Shown: positions 53,220 to 64,000 of the stretch, one piece after another
How the letters are laid out: the number at the start of each line of letters is the position of its first letter
How positions within the stretch are numbered: position 1 is the stretch's first letter
Assembly (NCBI RefSeq): GCF_009914755.1
Contig: NC_060928.1
Reading direction: 5' to 3' (one strand)
DNA from: the human T2T-CHM13v2.0 reference genome, Homo sapiens
Length of the DNA: 64,000 nt
Translations under genes and position numbers: made by a program
The notes under the pieces: generated by a model
The model's database searches: none
What the model saw: only the letters and a program-made list of their open reading frames with translations
What the model was told of the DNA's origin: nothing

Positions 53220-54040
53220 AGTGCTATATCTGAGAATGGTAGGGTAAGGAGCTTCAGGTCAAGCCTGCTGCTGAAAACAATGACAAAATATTAATAAATT
53301 AAGAAATTTGTATACATTTAAATCTGTGTAATAAAATCAGAGCACTCCTTAGGCAGGGAGAAGTAAAGGGCCAGGATCCACACCCAGGAGGGAATGGAAA
53401 CCCAGGGAAATGAGTCAGGACCACTTTTCCAGCTCTGGAGCACCCCTATTCCAGTCCAGCAAGAGAGGGACTGATGAACTGAAACTCATAGAGCTTGGAA
53501 ACCAAACCTAGAGCTGCCCACCGGCCCCCCAAGAAGCGAGGCTTCAGGCAAATATCTAACTCTGGGGCTGGAGGCCCCAACAGCCACACCTTGAGAAGAG
53601 AAACCTAGACACTGGAAGGAAACTTGGCTTTCACCGAGAACAAAGCCCAGACTCAGATTCCATGACCTCAGGATTCAGGAGTAGACTCCATCCATCACCA
53701 CCATTCACAGACTAGCCACTGAGAAAAGCAAAATATTCTCCTCTGAAGGAGGGCATCATTCATAGGCTCAGATTTTCTCTATAGCTTTTGAATAAAAAAA
53801 GTCTAACAATGAAAAAATGCCAAAGCAGACAAGAAGACAAGTCATGACCAAAAGACCAGATCACAGAATTAGGATAATGAAATCACTGGAAGTAAACTTT
53901 AAAATAACTATGATTAATACATTGAAGAAATTAAAACTCAAGAGTTAGAATTTCAGCACAGAACAAAAAACTATAAAAACGGAATTCTAGAACGGAAAAA
54001 TACAATAACTGTACATCAGACACAACTAGACACAGGTCAA
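53220..54040 (+). mobile_element. Old L1M 5'UTR/ORF1 remnant
   Basis: actttaaaataactatgattaata...aattctagaac.gaaaaatacaataactg ORF1-like motifs. Confidence 0.5.
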
Positions 54041-56149
54041 ACAATGCCCTATGATGCTGGAAAAAGCAGAGCCACCACCATACATGAGCCAACAATGCTA
54101 AACAGCCTGGTATCATTTGACATGTCAAAGAAACGAAACTTTACATGAATGATTCCTTATCCATTTATTTCCATCCTCCAAACTAAGATTTGGGCTTGTA
54201 GCTCCCTTTCCATTTGTTAAAGAAGTTAAATCCATGTGATGAAATTGTCCCAAGTAGATCTTACTGCCAGTCTGAAAGAACTCTGCTAATGCTGAAGTCT
54301 ACAGACTAGGATTTCAAAGCTATTTGGAGTTGCAAAACCCCATGAGATTGTTTAATTTTGTGACTTCCCTCCTATTCAAGCCTTCTGTCTGTTGAGAGTA
54401 GGGGCACATCCGAATTATCACAAAATGAGGATGAAACTACCCCTGGTAATCTACAGCCACATCAACTTTTGTGCTACTTATTTGGACAATATTAAACATT
54501 TTTATTTTATGTTGCATACTATTTCAAACAAGATATCTACATTAAAAAAGATTTTCAAAGGAAGCTCTAAAATAATAACTTCTAAGAATGAATAACTGGA
54601 TTAATAAATATCTGGATTAATCTAAAAGTACACCAGACCAAAGATAGGTATGTCTTTATAACTGAGCCTCAAACTCAACCATGAAGACAAAGTTAGAGGT
54701 TGATTTCACCATAACTATCTCCCTTTCATCCTTCTCTGCAAAATACAGTTTAGGTTCTATCGATAGAGATGTCATTAGAATCTCTGTCATTAGAATATTT
54801 TAATTCAAACCGTAATTTTTCTGAGAGGCAAAAGAAATAGCATAGTCTAAAAATAAGACCCACACAAAGTACTCTAGTCATTAATTAACAAGCGAAGTAA
54901 ACTGTTATGCAATAGCTGAAAAGATCTGATGGGCTATTCCTTATGCTGTTATCATTTACCTGAGAATTTCCAAGAATATACAAACTACTGTTTTGAACTT
55001 AGGCCTCAAAGAATCTTGGTAATCACAGTAAATAATGATGAACAAACACATACTAATTAATGAAATGAAGAAAAAAAATTTAACCTATCCAAAAATTCAC
55101 TTTATTTAATGTTAAAATTCAAGATATGTTCTCTTAAGTTTATATTCAAATGAGCTTATATTTCCAACTCTTGCTGAATGACAGAAGCACACATAATGTT
55201 CACATTTTGCTGTAAATGATGGACAAAGCTTTAATGTCCTTCATTGATAAAGGATGGGTACAAATCAACAGAAAAATAGAGAAACATCTGAAAAGAAAAA
55301 TGAGCACAGGATATGTTCATCTATTCACAAATAAATATAATGTTTTAAAAGAAAAATACTAAATTAAAAATGCAAACTAAAAAATGCAATTTAAAATCTT
55401 ACCCATCAAATTGAGCAAGTTTTGTGAGTTTTTAAATGTAAGAAGTGGGCTGCATTCCAGGCTATAACAAGCTGTAGGGGAGGCACTACTGTCACTGAGG
55501 AAGGGTAGACCAGGTATCTTGATGGACAGTCCCCTTGGCAAGAAAATTCTTGTCCAAGATGCCAATAGCAGGAGTTAATTGTATTAAATTTCTGGAAGTA
55601 ACCCAAAAAGCTGTTGCTAGGGGTTACTTTGTGGTGTGATCAGACATGAGGTTTCTATTACTTGGCCTGTATGAGCTTCTGTGTTGATTGACACTTGTTC
55701 TCTGCTTTCTGTCCACACAGTATATGAATGGAAGTGTTCCATTTGAATTTTTTTTACCTTGATTATTTACCAATTTAATTCAGATAAATGAATTTTAAAG
55801 GTAAAAACCAAGCTCTGATTGCAGGGGTCAGGGACTGAATCTCTCCCATATGTGCTTTCCCAGCTAGGGCTGCACCAAAAGGGCTCTGTAGGCTGCTTCA
55901 AGTTCTTTCTCCTCCTCTGTCTCCTCTTCCATCCCTTCCATCCATCTCCCCACTCAATCTGTGACAAGAAGCACATTCCTAGTATCCTGCTAGAGTTTTA
56001 AATGTATTCTGACATGACTACAGCTAAAGAGAGAGAAGCATTTTTGAAATGAAATGTTAGCTATTAATCACCAAGGAATTAAGATATTATCACACATTTC
56101 ATACATGGCTGGAAAACATGTTGTTGTTTAAATAAAAGAGTTACAATGT

Positions 56150-56566
56150 CATATGAAATCAACCTAGGTGCCCACCAATGTTGGGTTGGATACAAAAGTG
56201 TGGTACATATACACCGTGAAATACTACACAGCCATAAAAAAGTATAATGTCTTTTGCACCAACATGGATGCAGTTGGGAGGCTGTTATCCTAAGCAAATG
56301 AACACAGGAACAGAAAACCAAGTAACCATGTTCTCACCTATAAGTAGCAGGTAAACTCATGGACATGAAGATGGCAACAATAGAAACTAGGGACTCTAGC
56401 AGGGAGGGAGAGGGGCAAGAATTGAAAAATTGACTATTAGGTACTGCGCTCAGTGCTTGATTGACAGGATCAATCGTACCTTAAACCTCAGCATCACACT
56501 ATATACCCAGGTAATAAACCAGCTCATGTACCCCCTGAATCTAAACTAAAAGTTGAAATAAAAAAG
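56150..56566 (+). mobile_element. L1PA16/17-like 3' end
   Basis: gaagatggcaacaataga...tgtaccccctgaatctaaactaaaagttgaaataaaaaa. Confidence 0.9.
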
Positions 56567-56702
56567 AATTACGTGTTTTGTCTAGATATCTTTTAAAAAT
56601 ACACAAATATCTAATTTATTTGTGTTTTAGAAACAAATAAAACCATCGGATTTATAGTTGATGCCAGGGCTCACACACACTCCAGCAGACGTCAAGGCAT
56701 CC

Positions 56703-56916
56703 TGAAAGTCACCCAATTATCCCATAGCAATGATATTTATGGGTTTTTGAATAAACATGGAAATTGAAACTTCCAGTCTTAAAACTTGAAATTTACTTTT
56801 GTCTCATCTGAGTTCCACCTTCAGGAAACTCTCTGTCAGGCAAGGGACCGAAACTCACTAGATCATTGTATACAGACAATGAGATATCAGACCCTTCATT
56901 CCTTCTGATTGCTTCT
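56703..56916 (+). mobile_element. ERV1 LTR fragment, MER34/MER39 family
   Basis: tttgaataaacat.gaaattga...ccagtcttaaaacttga...atctgagttcc...gacaatgaga. Confidence 0.65.
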
Positions 56917-56919
56917 CAG

Positions 56920-57307
56920 ATAGAAGATAAGAAGTCCCAGAATTTGTAGTTGGCAAGCTGGAGACCAAGGAGAACTGATGGTATAAGTTCTAGCTCAGGT
57001 CTGAAGGCTAGTGACCCAGGAGAGCTGGTGGTGTAATTTCCAGTCTGAGTGTAAGTCCTAAGGAAAAGAAGACTGATGTCCCAGCTTGAAGATAGTCAAG
57101 CACACAAAATGAATTCTCATTCCAGCATTTTTGTTCTATTCAGACCTTCAATGAAGTGGATGAAGCCCACTCATATTGGGGAGAACAATCTGCTTTGCTC
57201 AGTCTACTGATTCGAGCATTAATCTCATCCAGAAACACCCTCACAGGCATATCCAGAATAATGCTTAACCAAGTATCTGGGCATCATGGCCAAATCAAGT
57301 TAACGCA

Positions 57308-57310
<3 letters not shown>
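56920..57310 (-). mobile_element. MLT2 (ERVL) LTR fragment
   Basis: gcaagctggagacc...ctgatgtcccagct...atctcatccagaaacaccctcacag. Confidence 0.85.
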
Positions 57311-63427
<6,117 letters not shown>

Positions 63428-64000
63428 AATAAATACTTCTGATTATTTTCTGTGGGCGAATACCTGAAGGTTTTGGGAAGATCGGGAAGATGTACTGAAG
63501 ATGTCAATTTCAGGAAAAGTAACATCATGCTAATGGAATTTTGTCAAGTGGCCTTTGTTATCCAGATAAAAAAAAATTTGGATGATGGGATAGAAATATA
63601 ATGCCAGGATATACAATAATATATTGTTTCTGAATACCTTATGGAAAAATGCCTAATTTTAGGATTTCTTTGTATTATTTAATTTTATTTTAATCATTTT
63701 TTAAATACAGGTTTCTCAAAAATAAGTAGTGCTGAGTAATTTCATTTGACTTAAAGTCTAAATGATCAAGGAATATTCACTATTGTTTTTAAATTTTTCT
63801 ATATGGATGCTATCATGAAGTCTGTAACAATGAAAGAATCCAATTTATGAAATAATCTTATTTCCAAATATTCTCTATACAAGATAAATTAATGTTTCTA
63901 AACAATGTGTTTGGTCATTTTGATAAGACTTGGTCAACTTGGCAACTTTTACTACATCAGTAACTGAAATGGTATCTCTGAGCATTAGTGTTTTCATTTT

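Overview
Primate (human-like) genomic DNA with no intact protein-coding gene, rRNA, tRNA or CRISPR array. Most of the window is interspersed repeats: L1, L2, Alu, MIR, MaLR/ERV LTRs and Tigger/MER DNA transposons. These include a full-length, TSD-flanked L1PA7-like element (32336-38823), a complete THE1A-like provirus (49310-51598) and a near-full-length older L1 on the minus strand (57308-63427). Nearly all ORFs in the supplied track are repeat-derived or spurious. Five features stand out. (i) A 64-nt minus-strand exon with intact splice sites resembles the N-terminal coding exon of TFDP1 but is frameshifted (38943-39006), suggesting an unprocessed pseudogene fragment. (ii) A ~4.3-kb strand-asymmetric, degenerate ~14-bp G-rich tandem array (TAAGGCCAGGWGGK) has a higher-order motif, two LTR insertions and an internal 28-bp hairpin. 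(iii) Three AP-1 sites recur at 20-bp spacing near the array. (iv) A perfect 66-bp palindrome lies near 28.9 kb. (v) That palindrome coincides with an apparent change in base composition and repeat content. Repeat subfamily names come from recalled consensus sequences, not a database search, and boundaries of old repeats are approximate.
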